DNA of 64,000 nt from Candidatus Cryptobacteroides sp. GTDB taxonomy: Bacteria > Bacteroidota > Bacteroidia > Bacteroidales > UBA932. Each line of letters opens with the position of its first letter. The first letter of the stretch is position 1. The translations under genes were made by a program, and so were the position numbers. Positions 8,511-17,425 of the stretch are shown here, in pieces. Below the pieces are notes generated by a model. That model made no database searches. It saw nothing but the letters and a program-made list of their open reading frames with translations, and had not been told where the DNA came from. Location of the stretch: NCBI GenBank assembly GCA_045600405.1, contig JAZRXV010000142.1, positions 15,261 to 79,260 of the forward strand, in the 5' to 3' direction.

Positions 8511-9170
8511 ATGAACATACACATCATATACACAATCATTTTTGTGCTGCTCATTGCACTGGAGTTGCTATATTTCCGCATTGCGGATCATTTTAACATC
8601 ATCGATAAGCCCAACGAGCGGTCTTCTTACTCGAAGGTGGTGCTCCGGGGTGGAGGTGTTATCTTTGCGCTTTGTTTTTGGGTGTGGAGTGCCTTTTTCG
8701 GCTTCCATTATCCGTGGGCGCTGGTGGCTGTGACGCTGGCGGCCGGAATTTCGTTTGTGGATGACACCCGTTCGCTGCCTGACAGTGTGCGGCTGGTGGT
8801 GCAACTGGTGGCAATGATGCTGCTGTTCGTGGAACTGGGCATTATGCAGTGGTCAATGTGGTGGGTGGTGCTAATCGCGCTGTTCGTGAGTGTTGGTGCG
8901 ACGAACATCATCAACTTCATGGATGGTATAAACGGTATCACGGGTGGTTATTCGCTGGCGGTGCTGGTGCCTGTGTTTTTGGTGAATAGATTGCGGGTCG
9001 TTGCCCGCAATGACGCCTCCTACGGTACCCGCAATGACGCCTCCTACGTTGCCCGCAACGATGCTTCTTTAGGTACCTGCGATGGCGCCTCTTTCGGTAC
9101 CTGCAATGACGCCTCCTTCATTTCCCCGAAGGGGGCTTGTTCGTTTCTTCAGGCAGTTTCCTATTATTGA
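8511..9170 (+). pseudogene. Truncated WecA/MraY-family (glycosyl transferase 4) UndP GlcNAc-1-P transferase
   Basis: IIDKPNERSS..RGGG, SFVDD, NIINFMDGING present; then a 44-codon repeat insertion and a stop; C-terminal half (F-x-GD-x-G motif) absent. Confidence 0.75.
8988..9119. repeat. REP-like palindrome plus 5 tandem 24-bp units (array 2), in frame within wecA
   Basis: Same 12-bp leader as 7468; units start at 9000, 9024, 9048, 9072, 9096; encodes (VARNDASY)-like octapeptides. Confidence 0.9.
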
Positions 9171-9174
9171 ATAA

Positions 9175-10005
9175 CTACAGCGCCTCTATCATCCTCTCGA
9201 ATATCAGGGACATCTTGTCGGCGGCAAGGTCGGCCTGAAGGACCACGTCGTCACCGTCGTTGAGGTTGGCCTCGACGTTGAACGAATTGGAGACATTCGT
9301 GGATACGGACATGCCGAAGACCTTGATGCCGCAGTGACGGGCCACAATGACCTCCGGTATGGTGGACATTCCTACGAGGTCTGCACCGATAGAGCGGAAA
9401 TACCTGACTTCCGCAGGTGTCTCGTAGCTCGGGCCGGTCGTGCCGAGATACACGCCGCGCTTGATTTCAATTCCAAGCTCAGCGGCAGTTTTGAATGCAA
9501 GTTCCTGAAGGCCTTTGTCATAAGCGCAGGTCAGGTCAGGGAAGCGCGGGCCGAAATCATCCATGTTGGGACCAATCAGGGGATTTGGAAGCAGGTTGAT
9601 GTGATCGCGTATTACGGCCAGATCGCCGACTTTGAACGACGAATTCAATGCCCCGGAAGCATTTGACACGAATATGTATTCTATGCCCAGAAGTTTCATC
9701 ACACGTACGCCTATGGTGACAAGCTCCATCGGGTAGCCTTCATAGTAGTGGAACCGTCCCTGCATGGCGATTACGGGCTTTCCGCCAAGAGTGCCATATA
9801 TGAAATTCCCCTTATGTCCTATTGCAGTGGACTTCGGGAAATCCGGGATTTCCGAATATTTTACCGTGATGGGATCTTCTATCTTTCCGGCAAGTTTGCC
9901 GAGACCGCTGCCCAGTACAACGCCGACTGCCGGAGCCGGTCTGCTGCCAAGTCTGCTCCTGATGAATTCCGCGGCATTGCTGATACGCTCGAATCTGCTG
10001 TCCAT
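9175..10005 (-). CDS. punA: Purine-nucleoside phosphorylase (trimeric type)
   Basis: VLGSGLG, QGRFHYYEG, GPRFPD, GPSYETPAE, VGMSTIPE. Confidence 0.93.
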   Translation of the reverse strand: MDSRFERISNAAEFIRSRLGSRPAPAVGVVLGSGLGKLAGKIEDPITVKYSEIPDFPKSTAIGHKGNFIYGTLGGKPVIAMQGRFHYYEGYPMELVTIGVRVMKLLGIEYIFVSNASGALNSSFKVGDLAVIRDHINLLPNPLIGPNMDDFGPRFPDLTCAYDKGLQELAFKTAAELGIEIKRGVYLGTTGPSYETPAEVRYFRSIGADLVGMSTIPEVIVARHCGIKVFGMSVSTNVSNSFNVEANLNDGDDVVLQADLAADKMSLIFERMIEAL

Positions 10006-10011
10006 AAATTG

Positions 10012-11286
10012 TTATTGATTGATTTGATTGATGACTTTTCCGGCTTCGCGGAGTATCAGTTTCTCATCGGCGATTTCCTTGTGCCTCATGACAAACTCTC
10101 CGTTGCATATGACGGAATCTATGCAGTCATTATGCGAGGAATATACAAGATTTGCAAGGAAAGGGGCGGGGGAGAGGAAGAATGAGTTGTCCGTGTCGAT
10201 AATGGTAATGTCGGCCAGACGGCCTTCTTCAATCACACCGGCGTCAATCCCGAGCGCCTTGGCTCCATTGACCGTCGCGCATCTGAGCAGTTCGTCCAGA
10301 GGCATTGCTGCCGGATCCTTCCTCCAAGCTTTCTGCAGTATGGCGGAAGTCTTCATAGCCTCCAGGATATCCATGTTGTTGGAGGAAGCACAGCCGTCAG
10401 TGCCGATGCAGATATTTGCTCCTGCGTCCCGCAATTCGTTGTATTTGAATTTGTAACCTGATGCCAGCTTGAGGTTTGAATTGACGTTGTGAACGCAGTT
10501 TACGTGATTCGTACCGAGCAGTTCGATATCATGCTCGCTCAACCACAGTGTATGCGCTGCAATCAGGTTTGAATCCAGCATCCCGAGGGAGTCGAGGTAT
10601 TCCACCGGAGTCAGTCCTTTGTGGGCGGCCTTGCAGTCGGCCACTTCCTTTTCCGTCTCGGCGAGGTGGAGGTGAATCCTGAGGCCGTGTTCCCTTGCAA
10701 AGTCCCTTGCCCATTCGAGAAGTCCCTCGCTCACGGAATAAATGGCATGGCATCCTACCAGGAATGAGCCCGGATCCGGCCAGCAGCGGGACTTCTCATA
10801 CAGTTTGATGCACTGCTCCTTCTGATGCTCTGCTTCCATGGGGCCCATGCTGTCGCACAGGATGTATGCAATCATGGGACGGAGACCCATTTCAACGGAA
10901 GCCCTATGTCCGGCCGATGCGAACCAGTAGTGGTCGTTGAATGTGGTGGTGCCGGTCCTCATCATCTCCAGGCATGCCACCTTGGTGCCCCAATATACGT
11001 AATCTGCGTCGAACCTGCTTTCTATCTGCCAGATCTTATCGAGCCACTCGTGGAAGAGCATGTCTTCCCCGATGCCGCGCATCATGGACATTGCAGCATG
11101 TGTGTGCATGTTGACAAAACCGGGAATGGCTACTTTCCCGGTGCAATCCATGATCTCGATGTCGCCGGCAAGGTCCCATCGGGCTCCGGATCCCGCATCT
11201 TCAATCTTCCGGATCAGGTTTTTGGCGATGAGGACATCCTTCTGAGAACCGTCAACCGTGATATCCCGTAGAAGAATGGCTCCCAT
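10012..11286 (-). CDS. Amidohydrolase, MTA/SAH-deaminase-like
   Basis: PGFVNMHTH, HLHLAET, AAHTLW, SNLKLASG, GTDGCASSN; adjacent to PNP. Confidence 0.85.
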   Translation of the reverse strand: MGAILLRDITVDGSQKDVLIAKNLIRKIEDAGSGARWDLAGDIEIMDCTGKVAIPGFVNMHTHAAMSMMRGIGEDMLFHEWLDKIWQIESRFDADYVYWGTKVACLEMMRTGTTTFNDHYWFASAGHRASVEMGLRPMIAYILCDSMGPMEAEHQKEQCIKLYEKSRCWPDPGSFLVGCHAIYSVSEGLLEWARDFAREHGLRIHLHLAETEKEVADCKAAHKGLTPVEYLDSLGMLDSNLIAAHTLWLSEHDIELLGTNHVNCVHNVNSNLKLASGYKFKYNELRDAGANICIGTDGCASSNNMDILEAMKTSAILQKAWRKDPAAMPLDELLRCATVNGAKALGIDAGVIEEGRLADITIIDTDNSFFLSPAPFLANLVYSSHNDCIDSVICNGEFVMRHKEIADEKLILREAGKVINQINQ

Positions 11287-11289
11287 AGG

Positions 11290-11625
11290 CTAGAGATCCT
11301 CGAACTCGACGTCGGAATGCTCCCGCTGAGGAATCTCGCCGTTGAAACATTTGTTCTTGATGTAGTCAACGACTTCGTTCAGTCCTTCGGCGAACTTCTC
11401 GAAATCTTCCTTATAAAGGAAAATCTTGTGCTTGTCGTAGGTGAAACTGCCGTCAGGATTGTTGCGGCGCTTGCTCTCCGTGATGGTCAGATAAAAGTCA
11501 TTCTGTCCCTTGGTGGACTTGACGTCGAAAAAGTATGTGCGCTTTCCCGCCCTTACAGGTTTGGAGTAAACGTCTTCGGCGTCACGGCTCTCAAAGCGAC
11601 CGGAATCATAATCCTCTCTGTACAT
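11290..11625 (-). CDS. DUF3276 / PUR-alpha-like nucleic-acid-binding protein
   Basis: SKPVRAGKRTYFFDVK, YLTITESK, KHKIFLYKEDF; start at the second Met. Confidence 0.88.
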   Translation of the reverse strand: MYREDYDSGRFESRDAEDVYSKPVRAGKRTYFFDVKSTKGQNDFYLTITESKRRNNPDGSFTYDKHKIFLYKEDFEKFAEGLNEVVDYIKNKCFNGEIPQREHSDVEFEDL

Positions 11626-11652
11626 ATCGATATTTTTTAAAAGGTATGGGTA

Positions 11653-11690
11653 CAAAAATAGAATATTTTAGGGATTCATTGTTATCTTTG
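11653..11690. promoter_or_regulatory. Divergent -7 promoter pair (DUF3276 / nusB)
   Basis: TATTTTTG on - (11653-11660), TATCTTTG on + (11683-11690). Confidence 0.6.
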
Positions 11691-11714
11691 CATATAAAAT
11701 TTGCTTTGAAAAAT

Positions 11715-12632
11715 ATGTTGAACCGTAGAATTCTCCGTATCAAGGCCTTCAAGGCCGTATATAGTTACGCAGAAAATACCGGAATGACCCTCAAGGACGT
11801 CGAGTCATATCTCGAGCAGTCCTGTGAGTCCACCAGGGACCTTTATCTGTTCATGCTTTCCATTGTCGGGCCCGTCACCGATGAGGCCAGGTCCCGTATA
11901 GAGGCCTCCCGCAGCAAGTTCAATCCTACTGAAGAGGAACTTCACCCGAATATGAAATTCACTGAGAACCGTATCGCGCCGCTGATCTGCGGTGATCCGG
12001 ATTTCTCAAAGATCATATCGCGCAAGAAGATGTCGTGGGAGCAGTATGACATGCTCCTGAGGCATCTTTATGAGAAGATACGTGAACGGAAGTATTTCAA
12101 GGATTATCTTGAGAGCGGCGAGTCATCCATTGAAGAGGATGCCCGCTTGTGGATAAGGATATTCGAGCGCGAATTCGAAGACAATGAGGAACTTGAGGAT
12201 ATATTGGGGGATATATCCATCTTCTGGAGCGATGACCTTGCCTATGCGCTGATATGGTGCTGCCGTACCCTGCAGGCGCTTGGGGCCGGTGAACGTTGGA
12301 GCCTGCCTCCGCTCTTCCAGAGTGACCTCAAAGGCAATGAGGGCAAGGACAGCGACAAGGCTTTCGTCACCGGCCTGGTCCGTACTGCATATGCCAATTA
12401 CGAGAAATATACCCAGGCCGTGTCGGAGTGTACCCCGAAATGGGACCGCAACCGCATCTGTGCGACAGACCTGTCTCTCATCGTCTGCGGACTTGCCGAG
12501 GCTGATGCATTCCCGCTGATCGGATTCCGTACGACCATCAACGAGTACGTGGAGATCTCGAAGTACTACAGTACCCCTGAGAGCCGCGGATTCGTGAACG
12601 GATTGCTTGACAAATTAATCAACAAACACTGA
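11715..12632 (+). CDS. nusB: Transcription antitermination factor NusB (long Bacteroidetes form)
   Basis: MLNRRILRIK start; INEYVEISKYYSTPESRGFVNGLLD. Confidence 0.9.
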   Translation: MLNRRILRIKAFKAVYSYAENTGMTLKDVESYLEQSCESTRDLYLFMLSIVGPVTDEARSRIEASRSKFNPTEEELHPNMKFTENRIAPLICGDPDFSKIISRKKMSWEQYDMLLRHLYEKIRERKYFKDYLESGESSIEEDARLWIRIFEREFEDNEELEDILGDISIFWSDDLAYALIWCCRTLQALGAGERWSLPPLFQSDLKGNEGKDSDKAFVTGLVRTAYANYEKYTQAVSECTPKWDRNRICATDLSLIVCGLAEADAFPLIGFRTTINEYVEISKYYSTPESRGFVNGLLDKLINKH

Positions 12633-12633
12633 T

Positions 12634-12969
12634 ATGATAAATATGCTTTTACAGGCAGCTCCGGCTGCAGGCGCACCGGCCCAGGGCGGTGGCGCATCGA
12701 TGTGGATCATGCTCCTTCTCATCTTCGTTGTCATGTGGCTCTTCATGATCCGTCCGCAGCGCAAGCAGCAGAAGGAACTCGAGAATTTCCGCAATGCCCT
12801 TCAGAAAGGTGACAAGGTCATCACTGCCGGCGGTATATATGGTACCATCTCCGAGATCCAGGATACTTATGTCCTCATCAAGGTTGACGGGGATGTCAAG
12901 ATAAAGGTGGACAAGACTTCCATCCAGCGCGATCCTTCGCAGCCGGCTCCGACTGAAAAGAAAGGCTGA
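12634..12969 (+). CDS. yajC: Preprotein translocase subunit YajC
   Basis: FMIRPQRKQQK...KGDKVITAGGIYG. Confidence 0.93.
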   Translation: MINMLLQAAPAAGAPAQGGGASMWIMLLLIFVVMWLFMIRPQRKQQKELENFRNALQKGDKVITAGGIYGTISEIQDTYVLIKVDGDVKIKVDKTSIQRDPSQPAPTEKKG

Positions 12970-12971
12970 AA

Positions 12972-13889
12972 GTGAAGCACTGGGTCAGCCTTCTGCTCTG
13001 TATGCTGCTTTCGGCAGGCATATGGCTGGTACACAATCTCTCACAAAGATACAGCGAGATTGTGAGCGTGCCTGTTGTAGTTGAAAGCAACATTGAAGGC
13101 CATGCCCGCCGCTCCAGCTCGGAGATGACTGCTTCGGCCATGGTGAATGCCTCCGGATTCCATCTTATCCGGCTGGGATCCGCCAGCAAGAAGCCGGCTC
13201 TGGTTGAAATAGCCGCCGCTGACCTGGTACATACCGAAGGGGACTATTATGCCGTTCCCGTGGCCAGCATGTACAAGTATGTGTCCGATATATTCGGGGA
13301 CGGAGTCAATCTTGAGTCATTCATTTCCGGAGACCTTGAATTCAAGTTCCCTACGGAGAATCATAAGAAGGTGCCGGTGAAGCCGGTCCAGATCGTTTCC
13401 TTCAGGCCCCAGTACATGGCGGTCGGAGAGATGTCGGTCATTCCGGATTCGGTGGTGGTCTATGGCGATCCGATAAGGCTGGAAGGGGTGGAATCGGTTC
13501 TGACCAAGCCTATTTCGCACAAGGATATCAGGAACAGCGTTCATGGGAATGTTCGTCTTCAGATACCTCCGGGCATGAGACTTTCTCAGAAGGATGTGGT
13601 GTATTCCCTCGATGTGACGCGCTATGTCGAGATCGCTGCTACAGTGAAGGTGGGGACCAGGAACGTACCTTCCGGCAGGAAGCTGTCAGTATTGCCTTCC
13701 ACCGCGACGGTTGCATTCCGCTGTGTGTTTCCCATGATAGACAATCCTGTGGACAGGACGGAGTTCTATGTTGACTACAAGGACTTCGAGCAGTCCATAA
13801 CCGGACGCTGCGTTGTCCGTTGCGAGGGTCTTCCGGAAGGTGTCATCAGCTATGAGATCGACCCGGAGGTGTGTGAGTGTACGGAATGA
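12972..13889 (+). CDS. YbbR/CdaR-like domain protein
   Basis: N-terminal TM; KKVPV..., PDSVVVYG beta-rich repeats; yajC-ybbR-coaE synteny. Confidence 0.7.
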   Translation: MKHWVSLLLCMLLSAGIWLVHNLSQRYSEIVSVPVVVESNIEGHARRSSSEMTASAMVNASGFHLIRLGSASKKPALVEIAAADLVHTEGDYYAVPVASMYKYVSDIFGDGVNLESFISGDLEFKFPTENHKKVPVKPVQIVSFRPQYMAVGEMSVIPDSVVVYGDPIRLEGVESVLTKPISHKDIRNSVHGNVRLQIPPGMRLSQKDVVYSLDVTRYVEIAATVKVGTRNVPSGRKLSVLPSTATVAFRCVFPMIDNPVDRTEFYVDYKDFEQSITGRCVVRCEGLPEGVISYEIDPEVCECTE

Positions 13890-14827
13890 GGACCATACTT
13901 GTCACAGGTGCGATAGGAAGCGGTAAATCAGCGGTTTGCCGTTACCTTTCATCGAAGGGGTATCCTGTGTATGACAGTGATTCCCGTACGAAGGCACTGT
14001 ATGACAAGGTGCCGGGATTGAAAGAGAAGATTGAGGAGGCTCTCGGGATCCCTTTCGGGCAGCTTTCCGTGATTTTCGAGGACGAGGGGAAAAGGACATT
14101 GCTTGAGGGGATCGTCTATCCTCTGGTGGTGGATGATTTTGTGCAGTGGAGATCCGTTCAGGACAGGGGGACAGTGTTCCTCGAGTCGGCCCTGGCTCTT
14201 GAAAAACCGGTCTTCGACGCCTTGTATGACGAAGTGTGGCTCGTCGAGGCCCCTTTCCAGACAAGGCTGGAGCGCAATCCGAAGGTTGCCGGCAGGGATG
14301 CATTGCAGCACTTTGACAGGAGCAGGGCCGATATTGTGATTGAAAACGATTCGACAAAAGAAGTATTATATAAAAAGATAGATTTGATTATGAAGACAGA
14401 TTTGGCAAAGATACTTTCAGTATCAGGACAGCACGGACTATATGAATACGTTGCTCAGGCGCGCAACGGTGCCATAGCTGAGAGCTTGATTGACAAGAAA
14501 AGGACAGTGTTCACGTCATCCAGCCGTGTCACTACGCTGGAAGACATAGCTATCTATACGAGCGAAGGTGAGATGAAGCTCGCCGAAGTGTTCTCTGCAC
14601 TGCATTCATTCCTTGGTGACAAGGAGGCTCCGTCTCCGAAAGCGGAAGGAAAGGTCCTGGAGGAACTTTTCGCCGGAGCCATCCCTGATTATGATGCCGA
14701 CCGTTTCTATGTGTCGCATATGCGCAAGGTTGTCGACTGGTACTCCCAGTTGTCCAAATATGCATCCCTTGAGTTTGTGACTGACGAGGACCGCAAGGCG
14801 GAGGCTGAAGCGGCAAAGGAAGCATAA
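13886..14827 (+). CDS. coaE: Dephospho-CoA kinase fused in frame to a DUF5606-like domain
   Basis: TGAIGSGKS P-loop, YDSD; from 14390 MKTDLAKILSVSGQHGLY...LEDIAIYT...PDYDADRFYVSH. Confidence 0.8.
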   Translation: MRTILVTGAIGSGKSAVCRYLSSKGYPVYDSDSRTKALYDKVPGLKEKIEEALGIPFGQLSVIFEDEGKRTLLEGIVYPLVVDDFVQWRSVQDRGTVFLESALALEKPVFDALYDEVWLVEAPFQTRLERNPKVAGRDALQHFDRSRADIVIENDSTKEVLYKKIDLIMKTDLAKILSVSGQHGLYEYVAQARNGAIAESLIDKKRTVFTSSSRVTTLEDIAIYTSEGEMKLAEVFSALHSFLGDKEAPSPKAEGKVLEELFAGAIPDYDADRFYVSHMRKVVDWYSQLSKYASLEFVTDEDRKAEAEAAKEA

Positions 14828-14830
14828 TTG

Positions 14831-16102
14831 ATGAAGACCGTCCGCGTCATAACCCTTGGCTGCTCCAAGAACACCGTGGATACGGAGCATCTGCTGGCAT
14901 GCCTGCCTGCGGACCGTTTCAAGGTGTTTCCTGACGGAGCGGTGGATTATCTCCTTCTCAATACCTGCGGGTTCATCGGAGATGCCAAGGAGGAATCCGT
15001 TACTGCCATCCTTGAGGCGGTTGCGGCGAAGAATCGCGGCGAGGTGGGGCAGCTGATAGTGTTCGGCTGTCTTTCACAACGGTACATGAGAGAACTGAAG
15101 GAGGAAATCCCGGAGGTAGATGCCTGGTTCGGGGCACGGACGCTTGATCCGGTACTCGAGTATCTTGGGGCGGAGCCGCGAAGATACACTGACAGGTTCG
15201 TTGAAGAGCCAAGGGGGTATGCCTATCTGAAGATATCCGAAGGCTGTGACCGCCGGTGCTCATATTGCGCAATTCCGTTCATCCGGGGAGCCCACAGGTC
15301 TGTTCCGATTGAGGATCTGGTGGAAGAAGCCCGGAAACTGGCGGCAAAAGGAGTCAGGGAACTTATCCTTATTGCACAGGATACGACGTATTACGGACTT
15401 GACCTTTATCACCGTCGCGCCCTGGCCGGACTGATACGTGCCTTGAGCGCAGTTGAAGGCATAGAGTGGATACGTATCCACTATTCGTATCCGGCAGGTT
15501 TCCCTGAGGACGTCCTGGACGAAATGGCATCGAATCCTAAGGTATGCAAATATCTGGATATCCCTTTGCAGCATATTTCGGACAAGATGCTCGGAAATAT
15601 GCACCGTAATGTCGACGGGGCGTGGACGAGGGAGCTCCTTTCGCGCCTCAGGGCCGAAGTTCCGGGCGTGGTGCTCCGTACGACGATGATAGTCGGCCAC
15701 CCGGGAGAAGGGGAGGAGGAGTTCGATGAACTTCTTGACTTTGTGCGCGAAGCCAGGTTTGAGAGGCTTGGCGCATTCACATATTCCGAAGAGGAAGGTA
15801 CTTTCGGTGCGGAACATTTCAGGGATGATGTGCCGGAAGAGACGAAGCAGGAGAGGTATAATGCCCTGATGAGTCTCCAGAGCAGTATTTCGCTAGGGTT
15901 CAACCAGTCCAGGATAGGCTCGGTGGAGCGGGTGCTGGTGGATGACTGCGTCGATGGCACGCTTGTCTGCCGCAGCCAGTATGAAAGTCCCGAAGTGGAC
16001 GGCGAAATCCTTGTGAAAGGGAAGGCTGCCGTCGGCACCTTCATCAATGTCCGTATCATAGCTGCGGACGAATATGATCTTGTTGGTGAAATTATTCAGT
16101 AG
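14831..16102 (+). CDS. rimO: Ribosomal protein S12 methylthiotransferase
   Basis: LGCSKNTVDTE, NTCGFI, EGCDRRCSYCAIP radical-SAM motif, TRAM domain with PEVDG. Confidence 0.93.
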   Translation: MKTVRVITLGCSKNTVDTEHLLACLPADRFKVFPDGAVDYLLLNTCGFIGDAKEESVTAILEAVAAKNRGEVGQLIVFGCLSQRYMRELKEEIPEVDAWFGARTLDPVLEYLGAEPRRYTDRFVEEPRGYAYLKISEGCDRRCSYCAIPFIRGAHRSVPIEDLVEEARKLAAKGVRELILIAQDTTYYGLDLYHRRALAGLIRALSAVEGIEWIRIHYSYPAGFPEDVLDEMASNPKVCKYLDIPLQHISDKMLGNMHRNVDGAWTRELLSRLRAEVPGVVLRTTMIVGHPGEGEEEFDELLDFVREARFERLGAFTYSEEEGTFGAEHFRDDVPEETKQERYNALMSLQSSISLGFNQSRIGSVERVLVDDCVDGTLVCRSQYESPEVDGEILVKGKAAVGTFINVRIIAADEYDLVGEIIQ

Positions 16103-16111
16103 TAGTATATT

Positions 16112-17425
16112 ATGAAGGTTATGAAATTTGGCGGAACCTCCGTCGGTTCTGCAGCAAGGATCAAAGATGTAGCCGGTCTCATCACCGGTTACGGAAAGAA
16201 CATCATTGTGCTTTCCGCTATGTCAGGCACCACCAATTCCCTGGTAGAGATATCCGACTATCTCTACAACAGGAATACATACGGTGCCAGGGATGTCATC
16301 AACAAGCTTTCGGCCAAATATGACAACCACATTAAGGAACTGTATGAGACTGAGGAGTACAGGAATAAGGCTCTGGAGTACGTCCATGGCATATTCGACT
16401 ATCTCAAGACATTTACCAAGCAGCTGTACACGCAGGTTGAGGAGAAGATAATCCTTGCCCAGGGAGAACTCATGTCCACCCATATGATGTATTTCTATCT
16501 TCAGGAGAAAGGTGTTAAAGCGGCCCTGCTGCCGGCACTTGATTTCATGAAGATTGACATGCAGGGCGAGCCGGATGCCGATTTCATCAAGGCAGGGATT
16601 TCAGCCCAGCTCAAGGCCAATCCTGATGCAGACCTGTATATTACCCAGGGTTATATCTGCAGGAACACGCATGATGAGATTGACAACCTTCAGCGTGGCG
16701 GGTCCGACTATACGGCATCCCTGCTCGGGGCTGCCGTCGGGGCCGAAGAAATACAGATATGGACGGATATCGACGGTATGCACAACAACGATCCGCGTGT
16801 CGTGGACGGCACTGCCGCTGTCCGTCATCTTCATTTTGAAGAGGCTGCCGAGTTGGGATATTTCGGGGCGAAGATACTCCATCCGACATGTATTCAGCCG
16901 GCAAAATATGCCAATGTGCCGGTCCGTCTGCTGAATACGATGGACCCGTCGGCACCGGGAACCATCATTGACAACAGGTCGGAGAACGGCACTATCAAGG
17001 CCGTGGCCGCCAAGGACAACATCACGGCGATCCGGATCAAGTCTTCAAGGATGCTCCTTGCCCATGGATTCCTTCGTAAGGTTTTCGAAATCTTCGAGAG
17101 TTACAAGACTTCGATCGACATGATATGCACCTCCGAGGTGGGAGTGTCGATGTCGATAGACAATACTTCCCATCTGAATGAGATAATCCATGACCTGAAG
17201 CGCTACGGTACAGTATCTGTCGATCTGGACATGTGTATCATCTGTGTCGTCGGTGACATGGACTGGGAGAACGTGGGCTTTGAATCACGTGCCATGGATG
17301 CAATGAGGGACATTCCGGTACGAATGGTCTCATTCGGCGGCAGTAATTACAATATTTCCTTCCTTGTCAAGGAAGAGGACAAGGTGCGCGCACTCCGTTC
17401 ACTCAGTAAATGCCTTTTTGAATAA
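16112..17425 (+). CDS. lysC: Monofunctional aspartate kinase
   Basis: MKFGGTSVG, RGGSDYTA, two ACT domains; coupled to lysA. Confidence 0.9.
   Translation: MKVMKFGGTSVGSAARIKDVAGLITGYGKNIIVLSAMSGTTNSLVEISDYLYNRNTYGARDVINKLSAKYDNHIKELYETEEYRNKALEYVHGIFDYLKTFTKQLYTQVEEKIILAQGELMSTHMMYFYLQEKGVKAALLPALDFMKIDMQGEPDADFIKAGISAQLKANPDADLYITQGYICRNTHDEIDNLQRGGSDYTASLLGAAVGAEEIQIWTDIDGMHNNDPRVVDGTAAVRHLHFEEAAELGYFGAKILHPTCIQPAKYANVPVRLLNTMDPSAPGTIIDNRSENGTIKAVAAKDNITAIRIKSSRMLLAHGFLRKVFEIFESYKTSIDMICTSEVGVSMSIDNTSHLNEIIHDLKRYGTVSVDLDMCIICVVGDMDWENVGFESRAMDAMRDIPVRMVSFGGSNYNISFLVKEEDKVRALRSLSKCLFE

Noticed and set aside
7468-9119. 24-bp repeats as a CRISPR array
   Set aside because: Units are head-to-tail with no unique spacers, and there are no cas genes in the window.
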